The notes beneath the pieces were generated by a model. The model did not search any database. It worked only from the letters and a program-made list of their open reading frames with translations, and was not told where the DNA came from. From Mayamaea pseudoterrestris (lineage: Eukaryota), in the NCBI GenBank assembly GCA_027923505.1, contig BROI01000002.1, positions 1,984,001 through 2,048,000 on the forward strand: a stretch of 64,000 nt of DNA, written 5' to 3'. A program made the position numbers and the translations under genes. Shown one piece after another: positions 48,992-61,000 of the stretch (within the stretch, counting starts at the first letter, position 1; every line of letters starts with the position of its first letter).

Positions 48992-50608
48992 ATGGCCGCC
49001 GAATCATCTGTCATTTCTAGCTCAAAAGCGCTACAAGTGCTAGCAACCACTTCAGTTGTCATCACCATTCTCTTCTTTTGCTATTCGTCGAGAATATATT
49101 ACGAAATCTCGCCAAATGATGGCCCTTCCTCCGCCTTTCCACCCCACCTCTATCATCAATCTTCGCCATTCGCATTAGAACGTGCATGTATACCCAAGCG
49201 GCTGCATTTAGCACAACGATCCAATTTAATGAAGAATGAAGATGACGATTCTTATAGCGTTAACATGACAATTTCCTTTCAATTGGACTTTGATGCCTGT
49301 CGAAACGTTGCTCCCATCGTCGTCTACGGTCGAGGAGTGTGGATTGACGGTACCATTCTTGTTCGCGCGGACGAGCGAAAGCAGTTCAACTACACGTCCG
49401 ACAAGAGCCAAGGCCTTTACAAAAGCGACTGGATTTATCATGTGGAGCTTCCTCATCTGCAGGCTGGTCGAGTCGCGTATTGGTATCAGATTCTTGTCAA
49501 GGAGCGAATAAACATAGAGACAGACGGGGCTACTTTGGAGCAGAGACGCCTTCGGAATCCATCACTGCCACAACAAAGAATTGCGAAATCGAATTGGTAT
49601 ACTTTTTTCACACCTCCATTGCCTCACATGCCAACGAAACTGGCGCTGGTCGGCGACCTTGGACAAACCATTAACTCGACCAAAACCATGCACCACATTT
49701 GGCGCGGCACGAGTGGTCCGGGCGTGCCAATCTCGCACGTGTTGATTGCCGGCGACATGTCGTATGCCGATACGGATCCGATACGCTGGAATTCGTGGTT
49801 TGATCTCATGGATCCGCTCCTTCGAAGCACGCCACTGCACGTTGCGGCAGGGAATCATGAAGTTGAATGCGACACGTCCAATCTGCAACCCTTTGTTCCC
49901 TACGAAAACTACTTTTACAATCCGAATCGCATTCAGGATGCTTACATTGAAGCAGTTACCAAGGAATACAAGGAAACTCTTTGGCGTCGATCCTGCGCCA
50001 CACCCTCCGAGTTTACCGGAACGTATGACTACGGCAATTCATTCTACTCCTACCAACACGGTTTGGCGCACATTATCGTGCTCAACTCGTACAGCAACAC
50101 ATCCAAGGGTTCCGTGCAGTACGATTGGTTGGAGCATGAGCTCCGTTTCAGCATTAACCGCAGTCTGACGCCGTGGGTGATTGTTCCCTTTCACTCGCCG
50201 CTTTACACAACGTTCGTGGGTCACGTCAACGAGAAGCAGTCGTTAAACATGAAACAGGCAATGGAACCGCTGTTATGTAAATACGGAGTCAACTTGGTGA
50301 TTTCCGGGCACGATCATGGTTACATGCGGACGCATTCCTTGACGCAAGACGGTCAAGTCGATCCGTCTGGAGAGTCTCCCGTCTATTTGACACTGGGAGC
50401 CGGCGGCAACCGGGAGCATCATGCACCTGGCTACCGAAACCAAGAGCAGGAGGAGTGGGTGGCAGTGCGGTCGCTGGTAGACTATGGGTACGGGAGTTTG
50501 CTGCTCCGCAACGCGACGCATGCATCATTCACGTGGGTACGAAACGGAGTGGACGCTGGCGGCGTACACGATCTAGTATGGCTTGAAAATAAGCATTACG
50601 TGCCATGA
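48992..50608 (+). CDS. Purple acid phosphatase family metallophosphoesterase with N-terminal anchor
   Basis: Metal-ligand motifs GDLG, GDMSY, GNHE, GHDH.Y.R, plus H.PLY and GAGGN.E; TM segment near the N-terminus. Confidence 0.92.
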   Translation: MAAESSVISSSKALQVLATTSVVITILFFCYSSRIYYEISPNDGPSSAFPPHLYHQSSPFALERACIPKRLHLAQRSNLMKNEDDDSYSVNMTISFQLDFDACRNVAPIVVYGRGVWIDGTILVRADERKQFNYTSDKSQGLYKSDWIYHVELPHLQAGRVAYWYQILVKERINIETDGATLEQRRLRNPSLPQQRIAKSNWYTFFTPPLPHMPTKLALVGDLGQTINSTKTMHHIWRGTSGPGVPISHVLIAGDMSYADTDPIRWNSWFDLMDPLLRSTPLHVAAGNHEVECDTSNLQPFVPYENYFYNPNRIQDAYIEAVTKEYKETLWRRSCATPSEFTGTYDYGNSFYSYQHGLAHIIVLNSYSNTSKGSVQYDWLEHELRFSINRSLTPWVIVPFHSPLYTTFVGHVNEKQSLNMKQAMEPLLCKYGVNLVISGHDHGYMRTHSLTQDGQVDPSGESPVYLTLGAGGNREHHAPGYRNQEQEEWVAVRSLVDYGYGSLLLRNATHASFTWVRNGVDAGGVHDLVWLENKHYVP

Positions 50609-50854
50609 AGCTGTTGAAGTGATATGTTGCATGTTTTAGGAACACGGACGCCGCTTGGGCAGTGGTATGTTTCGGTGCAACAGCAAGAAATGTCACTGCT
50701 GATGGCGGTCGGTGAGGTGTATTTACCAATCATTCAACCTACTTAATATATACTGAGTTGAAATAATCATTTGCAATCTTGAAACTACAATTTAGTCAAT
50801 CTTTATTACGTATCAATGTGCATTTCACTCGCGGGAGTTGTGGCGCATCCACTA

Positions 50855-51634
50855 TCAAGTAAACGCTTCGGACACGTCTTCATCCGTCAAGTCAATATAC
50901 TCAATCTCCTTATCCTTCTCGGGATGCTTCATCTTTTTGAACTGGGCTGTACAATCGCCGGGTGGAGCTGGGTGCTTCATGCGATGAAGCATCCACACTG
51001 GCGGCTTAGGAAGAACACCAACATGCACCAATCCAAGAGCCGTGCAGTAGTTCAGCGTAACTTTGTTGATAAATGCGCCGCGACCAAATGAGATGGTAAA
51101 ACCACTGTTGTTGTTGCTTTGACGACTGGTAATGACAGTTGAGCCTTGTTTGGAGCGTACAAACTTTTTCTTGAGTGCGTCTGTCACGGCGTCACTCGCA
51201 TGGTCAAGCGACGTTTGAAAAGATGTAGAATAGTCCGAACAGTTGGAGCCGGAGTTGTTTGTTAAAATCGCTTGATATAGCAACACCTCCACTTTACCCA
51301 ACTCAGTGTTGCGGCTACCTTTTGTAAAACGTGGGCGTGTGAATTGCAGCGCCGTCGTTTTGACCTCGCCATTGATTCGACTGGGTATGCCCGCATAAAT
51401 AATGGCTCCGTCGTAAAATAGATGACTTTGTACACGGCGAAGGCGTGTACCATCTACTACGCACTTGCTGATGATACAGAAGTCTCCTTCCCATCCAATG
51501 CGCCGAATGGCAATAAAGTAATCGGCGTCTGGCTCTGCTTCGACGTAGATCTTGCCGTTTTTTTCAAATTCCTTCACTGGCAACTTGGAGTCGGCGTAGA
51601 CAAGCTGCACTTCAACTCCGTGACGAACAACCAT
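50855..51634 (-). CDS. Unknown family paralogue 4 (displaced, opposite strand)
   Basis: MVVRHGVEVQLVYADSKLPVKEFEKNGKIYVEAEPDADYFIAIRR...LNYCTALGLVHVGVLPKP...IEYIDLTDEDVSEAFT. Confidence 0.85.
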   Translation of the reverse strand: MVVRHGVEVQLVYADSKLPVKEFEKNGKIYVEAEPDADYFIAIRRIGWEGDFCIISKCVVDGTRLRRVQSHLFYDGAIIYAGIPSRINGEVKTTALQFTRPRFTKGSRNTELGKVEVLLYQAILTNNSGSNCSDYSTSFQTSLDHASDAVTDALKKKFVRSKQGSTVITSRQSNNNSGFTISFGRGAFINKVTLNYCTALGLVHVGVLPKPPVWMLHRMKHPAPPGDCTAQFKKMKHPEKDKEIEYIDLTDEDVSEAFT

Positions 51635-51799
51635 AGTGACGAGATAGAGTTGCGATTGTCGATGCAAACAAGACGAGGACTGCTTCGGTTCTTCGAAAAT
51701 GGTGCGGTCATTCATGGCGCGGGGAATTTCCGGTCACGAAGCAGAAAAAAAGAATTTGTTCTTTTCAATCATGTCTGCCCACCCATACGGTGAATGCTA

Positions 51800-52850
51800 G
51801 TACACGTGGGCTGGGAATGATTGTTATGCACCAATCTTACCGCATATGTGTCCCCAAGGATAGCCAGAGCAGAATTCATGGAACAAGAATATTGGGAGTA
51901 GTCGTTGAAGGCCTTACACTGTAGCACTGTGGAGCTAGTTACTGTGTGGACCTCTGCCCTCCTAAACAACTGATGTTACATGTGAGCCAGGAATGATTGT
52001 TATGCACCAATCTCACCGCATACAAGTTCCCAAGGAAGCCAGAACAGAATTCATGGAACAAGACTTTTGGGGGTAGTCCTTAAAGGCCACGCATGTTGCA
52101 CCATGGAGCTGGTTACTGTGTGGATCTTTGCCCTCCCAAACAACTGGTGCTACACGTGAGCTGGGAATGATTGTTATGCACCAATCTCACCCAATACGTG
52201 TCCCCAAAGATAGCCAGAACAAAATTCATGGAACAAGACTATTGGAGGTAGTCGTTGAAGGCCACACACTGTAGCACTATATAGCTGGTTACTGTGCGGA
52301 TTGTTGCCTCCCAAACAACTGATGCTACACGTGAGCTGGGAATGATTGTTATGCCCCAATCTCACCGCATATGGGTCCCCAAGGATAGCCAGAGCAGAAT
52401 TCATGGAACAAGACTATTGGGGGTAGTCCTTGAAGGCCACACACTGTAGCACCGTGTAGCTGGTTACTGTGCGGATCTTTGCCCTCCCAAACAACTGATG
52501 CTACACATGAGCTGGGAATGATTGTTATGCACCAATCTTACCGCATATGTGTCTCCAAGGATAGCAAGAGCAGAATTCATGGAACAAGAATATTGGGGGT
52601 AGTCGTTGAAGGCCTTACACTGTAGCACTGCAAAGCTAGTTACTGTGTGGACCTCTGCCCTCCTAAACAACTGATGTTACATGTGAGCCAGGAATGATTG
52701 TTATGCACCAATCTCACTGCATAGTTCCCAAGGAAGCCAGAACAGAATTCATGGAACAAGACTTTTGGGGGTAGTCCTTAAAGGCCATGCATGTTGCACC
52801 ATGGAGCTGGTTACTGTGTGGATCTTTGCCCTCCCAAACAACTGATGCTC
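51800..52850. repeat. ~176-bp satellite, 6 units
   Basis: gaatgattgttatg recurs at 51815, 51991, 52165, 52340, 52516, 52692. Confidence 0.95.
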
Positions 52851-55030
52851 CAGCTTTCCCAATACTTGAGCTTGCCAGGATTGTTTGGTTTTCTAGGCCT
52901 CATTGATAGTTTGGCCCATGGTGGCTATGTTGGTAATTGATGGGGATGCCCAGCGGACCTGGTGGCGTGGTGTGGTGTGGCGACGTACGGGATACTTAGC
53001 TATGTGGAAGCTAGCATGTCTACTCCCAAAACTTGAAGGATTTGCATGTCCGCCAAGGTTGTAGAGGATGATTGACCTTACCAAAAGCTTTTTGAAAGGT
53101 GGGATAGCTTCACATGATGGGGATGGCCAAAGTTTTGCGGGTGCTGCCACTGCTGCTGTGTGACATACAGTCGCACAAAATACAGCGTATCTACTTCTGT
53201 TTTGCCATGAACACATGAGTTTCCCAGCACTGTATGAGTCATAGTAGCTCACGTATACCTTGTTGAAAGGTGGCATTGGCTAAAAGGACAATCAGAGCCA
53301 TAGTTTGATTGGTTAGCATTCATAGACTGCGCTGTTGGTCTATTTGGCCCATCACAGCTACTCCCACAGCTTTCCCAATACTTGAGCTTGCCATGTTTGT
53401 ATGGTTTTGTAGGCCTCATCGATAGTTTGGCCCATGGTGGCTATGTTGGTAAGTGGTGGGATGCCCGGCGGACCTGGTGGCGTGGTGTGGTGTGGCGACG
53501 TACGGGATACTTAGCTATGTGGAAGCTAGCATGTCTACTCCCAAAACTTGAAGGATTTGCATGTCCGCCAAGGTTGTAGAGGATGATTGGCCTTACCAAA
53601 AGCTTTTTGAAAGGTGGGAATGCTTCACATGATGGTGATGGCCAAAGTTCTGTGGATGCTGTCGCTGCTGCTGCGTGACATACAGTCACATGGAATACAG
53701 CGTATCTACTCCTGTTTTGCCAGGAACACATGAGTTGTCCAACATTGAATATGTCATAGTACCTCACGTTTATCTTGTCAAGAGGTGGAAATGGTTAAAA
53801 GGACAATCAGAGCCATAGTTTGATTGGTTTGGATTCATAGACTGCGCTGTTGTTCTCTTTGGCCCATCTACTCCCACAGCTTTCCCAAAACTTGAGCTTG
53901 CCAGGATTGTTTGGTTTTCTAGGCCTCATTGATGTTTTGGCCCATGGTGGCAATGTTTATTATTGATGGGATGCCCAGTGGTCCTGGTGGCGTGGTTTGG
54001 TGTGGCGACGTACGGGATACTTAGCTATGTGGAAGCTAGCATGTCTACTCCCAAAACTTGAAGGATTTGCATGACGGCCAAGGTTGTAGAGGATGATCGA
54101 CCATACAAAAAGCTTTTTGAAAGGTGGGAATGCTTCACATGATGGGGGTGGCCAAAGTTTTGCGGCTGCTCTTGCTGCTGCTGTGTGACATACAGTCGCA
54201 CAAAGTACAGCGTATCTACTCTTGTTTTGCCATGAACACATGAGTTGTCCAACATTGAATATGTCATAGTACCTCACGTTTATCTTGTCAAGAGGTGGAA
54301 ATGGTTAAAAGGACAATCAGAGCCATAGTTTGATTGGTTTGGATTCATAGACTGCGCTGTTGTTCTCTTTGGCCCATCTACTCCCACAGCTTTCCCAATA
54401 CTTGAGCTTGCCAGTTTTGTTTGGTTTTGTTGGCCTCATTGATAGTTTGGCCCATGGTGGCTATAATGATATTTGATGGGGATGCCCAGCTGACCTGGTG
54501 GCGTGGTGTGGTGTGGCGACGTACGGGATACTTAGCTATGTGGAAGCTTAGCATGTCTACTACCAAAACTTGAAGGATTTGCATGACCGCCAAGTTGTAG
54601 AGGATGATTGATCTTACCAAAAGCTTTTTGAAAGGTGGGAATGCTTCAAATGATGGAGATGGCCAAAGTTTTGCGGGTGCTGCCACTGCTGCTGTGACAT
54701 ACAATCACATGGAATGCAGCATATGTACTCCTGTTTTGCCAGGAACACATGAGTTGTCCAACATTGAATGTGTCATAGTAGCTCACGTTTACCTTGTCAA
54801 AAGGTGGAAATGGTTAAAAGGACAATCAGAGCCATAGTTTGATTGGTTTGGATTCATAGACTGCGCTCTTGTTCTCTTTGGCCCATCTACTCCCACAGCT
54901 TTCCCAATACTTGAGCTTGCCAGGTTTGTTTGGTTTTGTAGGCCTCATTAATAACATGGTCAATGGTAGCAATGATGGTAATTGATGGGGATGCCCAGCA
55001 CACCTGGTGGCATGGTGTGGTGTGGCTATA
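52851..55030. repeat. ~510-bp tandem repeat, 4 full units plus a partial fifth
   Basis: cagctttcccaa(t/a)acttgagcttgcc recurs at about 52851, 53367, 53877, 54387, 54896. Confidence 0.95.
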
Positions 55031-58000
55031 ATATGGTAGGCATGGCGGGTGTCTCAGGGAATGGCAATGGTTTTGGTGACAACTTCTCACCAGTCTCATC
55101 CCGCAGATGCCATGACATTCAAACACCCCTACAGCAAGCCCTGTAGGTGCCCAAAGTACACCAGAATGGTGCCAACATCATTATTCAGTCTGCGCTACAA
55201 GATGGTAGGCTTGGCGGGTGTCTCAGGGGATGGCAATGTATTTGGTGACAACTTGTCACCAGTCTCAGCCCGCAGATGTAACGCCCCTACAGCAAAATCT
55301 GAAGGTGCCCAAAATACACCAGAATGGAGCCAACGTCATTATTCAGGCTGCACTACAAGATGGTAGGCTTGGCTGGTGTCTCAGGGGATGGCAATGTATT
55401 TGGTGACAACTTATCACCAGTCTCAGCCCGCAGATGCCGTGACATTCAAATGCCCCTACAGCAAGCCCTGTAGGTGCCCAAAATACACCAGAATGGTGCC
55501 AACATCATTATTCAGGCTGCGCTACAAGATGGTAGGCTTGGCTGGTGTCTCAGGGGATGGCAAGGTATTTGGTGACAACTTGTCACCAGTCTCAGCCTGC
55601 AGATGCCATGACATTCAAACGCCCCTACAGCAAGATCTGTAGGTGCCCAAAATACACCAGAATGGTGCCAACATCATTATTTAGGCTGCGCTACAAGATG
55701 ATAGGCTTGACTGGTGTCTCAGGGGATGGCAATGTATTTGGTGACAACTTGTCACCAGTCTCAGCCCGCAGATGCCGTGACATTCAAACGCCCCTACAGC
55801 AAGATCTGTAGGTGCCCAAAATACACCAGAATGGTGCCAACATCATTGTTCAGGATTCGCTACAAGATGGTAGGCTTGACTGGTGTCTCAGGGGATGGCA
55901 ATGTATTTGGTGACAACTTGTCACCAGTCTCAGCCCGCAGATGCCGTGACATTCAAACGCCCCTACAGCAAGCCCTGTAGGTGCCCAAAATACACCAGAA
56001 TGGTGCCAACATCATTATTCAGGCTGCGCTACAAGATGGTAGGCTTGGCTGGTGTCTCAGGGGATGGCAATGTATTTGGTGACAACTTGTCACCAGTCTC
56101 AGCCTGCAGATGCCGTGACATTCAAACGCCCCTACAGCAAGATCTGTAGGTGCCCAAAATACACCAGAATGGTGCCAACATCATTGTTCAGGATTCGCTA
56201 CAAGATGGTAGGCTTGGCTGGTGTCTCAGGGGATGGCAATGTATTTGGTGACAACTTGTCACCAGTCATTATTCAGGCTGCGCTACAAGATGGTAGGCTT
56301 GGCTGGTGTCTCAGGGGATGGCAATGTATTTCGTGACAACTTGTCACCAGTCTCAGCCCGCAGATGTTGTGACATTCAAACGCACCTACAGCAAAATCTG
56401 AAGGTGCCCAAAATACACCAGAATGGAGCCAACATCATTATTCAGTCTGCGCTACAAGATGGTAGGCTTGGCTGGTGTCTCAGGGGATGGCAATGTATTT
56501 GGTGACAACTTATCACCAGTCTCAGCCCGCAGATGCCGTGACATTCAAACGCCCCTACAGCAAGCCCTGTAGGTGCCCAAAATACACCAGAATGGTGCCA
56601 ACATCATTATTCAGGCTGCGCTACAAGATGGTAGGCTTGGCTGGTGTCTCAGGGGATGGCAATGTATTTCGTGACAACTTGTCACCAGTCTCAGCCCGCA
56701 GATGTTGTGACATTCAAACGCCCCTACAGCAAAATCTGAAGGTGCTCAAAATACACCAGAATGGAGCCAACATCATTATTCAGTCTGCGCTATAAGATGG
56801 TAGGCTTGGCTGGTGTCTCAGGGGATGGCAATGTATTTGGTGACAACTTATCACCAGTCTCAGCCCGCAGATGCCGTGACATTCAAACGCCCCTAAAGCA
56901 AGCCCTGTAGGTGCCCACAATAAACCAGAATGGGGCCAACATCATTGTTCAGGCTGCGCTACAAGATGGTAGGCTTGGCTGGTGTCTCAGGGGATGGCAA
57001 TGTATTTGGTGACAACTTGTCACCAGTCTCAGCCCGCAGATGCCGTGACATTCAAACGCCCCTACAGCAAGCCCTGTAGGTGCCCAAAATACACCTGAAT
57101 GCTGATAAAATCATTATTCAGGCTGCGCTACAAGATGGTAGGCTTGGCTGGTGTCTCAGGGGATGGCAATGTATTTGGTGACAACTTGTCACCAGTCTCA
57201 GCCCGCAGATGCCGTGACATTCAAACGCCCCTACAGCAAGCCCTGTAGGTGCCCAAAATACACCTGAATGCTGACAACGTCATTATTCTGTCTGCGCTAC
57301 AAGATGGTAGGCTTGGCTGGTGTCTCAGGGGATGGCAATGTATTTGGTGACAACTTGTCACCAGTCTCAGCCCGCAGATGCCATGACATTCAAACGCCCC
57401 TACAGCAAGCCCTGTAGGTGCCCAAAATACACGAGAATGGTGCCAACATCATTATTCAGGCTGCACTACAAGATGGTGGGCTTGGCTGGTGTCTCAGGGG
57501 ATGGCAATGTATTTGGTGACAACTTGTCACCAGTCTCAGCCCGCAGATGCCGTGACATTCAAACGCCCCTGCAGCAAGCCCTGTAGGTGCCCAAAATACA
57601 CCAGAATGGTACCAACATCATTGTTCAGGCTGCGCTACAAGATGGTAGGCTTGGCTGGTGTCTCAGGGGATGGCAATGTATTTGGTGACAACTTGTCACC
57701 AGTCTCAGCCCGCAGATGCCGTGACATTCAAACACACCTACAGCAAGCCCTGTAGGTGCCCAAAATACACCAGAATGGTGCCAACATCATTATTCAGGCT
57801 GCGCTACAAGATGGTAGGCTTGGCTGGTGTCTCAGGGGATGGCAAGGTATTTGGTGACAACTTGTCACCAGTCTCAGCCTGCAGATGTTGTGACATTCAA
57901 ACGCCCCTACAGCAAAATCTGAAGGTGCCCAAAATACACCAGAAATGGAGCCAACATCATTATTCAGGCTGCGCTACAAGATGGTAGGCTTGGCTGGTGT

Positions 58001-61000
58001 CTCAGGGGATGGCAATGTATTTGGTGACAACTTGTCACCAGTCTCAGCCCGCGGATGCCATGACATTCAAACGCCCCTACAGCAAGATCTGTAGGTGCCC
58101 AAAATACACCAGAATGGTGCCAACATCATTATGCAGACTGCGCTACAAGATGGTAGGCTTGGCTGGTGTCTCAGGGGATGGCAATGTATTTGATGACAAC
58201 TTGTCACCAGTCTCAGCCCGCAGATGCCGTGACATTCAAACGCCCCTACAGCAAGATCTGTAGGTGCCCAAAATACACCAGAATGGTGCCAACATCATTA
58301 TTCAGGCTGCGCTACAAGATGGTAGGCTTGGCGGGTGTCTCAGGGGATGGCAATGTATTTGGTGACAACTTGTCACCAGTCTCAGCCCGCAGATGCCATG
58401 ACATTCAAACACCCCTGCAGCAAGCCCTGTACATGCCCAAAATACACCAGAATGGTGCCAACATCATTGTTTAGGCTGCGCTACAAGATGGTAGGCTTGA
58501 CTGGTGTCTCAGGGGATGGCAATGTATTTGGTGACAACTTGTCACCAGTCTCAGCTTGCAGATGCCGTGACATTCAAACGCCCCTACAGCAAGCCCAGTA
58601 GGTGCCCAAAATACACATGAATCCTAACAACACCATTATTCAGGCTGCGCTACAAGATGGTAGGCTTGGCTGGTGTCTCAGGGGATGGGAATGTATTTGG
58701 TGACAACTTGTCACCAGTCTCAGCCTGCAGATGCCGTGACATTCAAATGCCCCTACAGCAAGCCCTGTAGGTGCCCAAAATACACCAGAATGGTGCCAAC
58801 ATATTACACAGGCTGCGCTACAAGATGGTAGGCTTGACTGTTGTCTCAGGGGATGGCAATGTATTTGGTGACAGCATGTCACCAGTCTCAGCCCGCAGAT
58901 GCCATGACATTCAAACGCCCCTACAGCAAGCCCTGTAGGTGCCCAAAATATACCAGAATGGTGCCTACATCATTATTCAGGCTGCGCTACAAGATAGTTG
59001 GCTTGGCTGGTGTCTCAAAGGATGGCAATGTATTTGGTGACAACTTGTCACCAGTCTCAGCCCGCAGATGCTGTGACATTCAAATGCCCCCTACAGCAAG
59101 CCCTGTAGGTGCCCAAAATACACCAGAATGGTGCCAACATCATTATTCAGGCTGCGCTACAAGATGGTAGGCTTGGCTGGTGTCTCAGGGGATGGCAATG
59201 TATTTGGTGACAACTTGTCACCAGTCTCAGCCCGCAGATGCCGTGACATTCAAATGCCCCTGCAGCAAGCCCTGTAGGTGCCCAAAATACTCCAGAATGG
59301 TACCAACATCATTATTCAGGCTGCGCTACAAGATGGTAGGCTTGGCTGGTGTCTCAGGGGATGGCAATGTATTTGGTGACAACTTGTCACCAGTCTCAGC
59401 CCGCAGATGCCGTGACATTCAAACGCCCCTACAGCAAGCCCTGTAGGTGCCCAAAATACACCAGAATGGTGCCAACATAAATATTCAGGCTGCGCTACAA
59501 GATGGTATGCTTGACTGGTGTCTCAGGGGATGGCAATGTATTTGGTGACAACTTGTCACCAGTCTCAGCCCGCAGATGCCGTGACATTCAAACGCCCCTA
59601 CAGCAAGCCCTGTAGGTGCCCAAAATATACCAGAATGGTGCCAACATCATTATTCAGGCTGCGCTGCAAGATGGTAGGCTTGGCTGGTGTCTCAGGGGAT
59701 GGCAATGTATTTGGTGACAACTTGTCACCAGTCTCAGCCCGCAGATGCCGTGACATTCAAACGCCCCTACAGCAAGCCCTGTAGGTGCCCAAAATATACC
59801 AGAATGGTGCCAACATCATTATTCAGGCTGAGCTACAAGATGGTAGGCTTGGCTGGTGTCTCGGGGGATGGCAATGTATTTGGTGACAACTTGTCACCAG
59901 TCTCAGCCCGCAGATGCCATGACATTCAAACGCCCCTACAGCAAGCCCTGTAGGTGCCCAAAATACACCAGAATGGTACCAACATCATTATTCAGGCTGC
60001 GCTACAAGATGGTAGGCTTGGCTGGTGTCTCAGGGGATGGCAATGTATTTGGTGACAACTTGTCACCAGTCTCAGCCCGCAGATGCCGTGACATTCAAAC
60101 GCCCCTACAGCAAGATCTGTAGGTGCCCAAAATACAACAGAATGGTGCCAACATCATTTTTTAGACTGCGCTACAAGATGGTAGGCTTGGCTGGTGTCTC
60201 AGGGGATGGCAATGTATTTGGTGACAACTTGTCACCAGTCTCAGCCCGCAGATGCCGTGACATTCAAACGCCCCTACAGCAAGCCCTGTAGGTGCCCAAA
60301 ATACACCAGAATGGTGCCAACATCATTATTCAGGCTGCGCTACAAGATGGTAGGCTTGGCTGGTGTCTCAGTGGATGGCAATGTATTTGGTGACAACTTG
60401 TCACCAGTCTCAGCCCACAGATGCCGTGACATTTAAACGCCCCTACAGCAAGATCTGTAGGTGCCCAAAATACACCAGAATATTGCCAACATCATTATTC
60501 AGGCTGCGCTACAAGATGGTAGTCTTGGCTGGTGTCTCAGGGGATGGCAATGTATTTGGTGACAACTTGTCACCAGACTCAGCCCGCAGATGCCGTGACA
60601 TTCAAACGCCCCTACAGCAAGCCCTGTAGGTGCCCAAAATACACCTGAATGCTGACAACGTCATTATTCTGTCTGCGCTACAAGATGGTAGGCTTGGCTG
60701 GTGTCTCAGGGGATGGCAATGTATTTGGTGACAACTTGTCACCAGTCTCAGCCCGCAGATGCCGTGACATTCAAACGCCCCTACAGCAAGATCTGTAGGT
60801 GCCCAAAATACAACAGAATGGTGCCAACATCATTTTTTAGACTGCGCTACAAGATGGTAGGCTTGGCTGGTGTCTCAGGGGATGGCAATGTATTTGGTGA
60901 CAACTTGTCACCAGTCTCAGCCCGCAGATGCCGTGACATTCAAACGCCCCTACAGCAAGCCCTGTAGGTGCCCAAAATACACCAGAATGGTGCCAACATC

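Noticed and set aside
52893..54837. ORFs within the 510-bp repeats
   Set aside because: Frames differ between copies, with stops and indels and no recognisable domain.
55376..55544. tRNA/5S or SINE origin of the 169-bp monomer (ATTCAAACGCC resembles a B box)
   Set aside because: Only a partial match; no convincing A box, cloverleaf or 5S similarity by eye.
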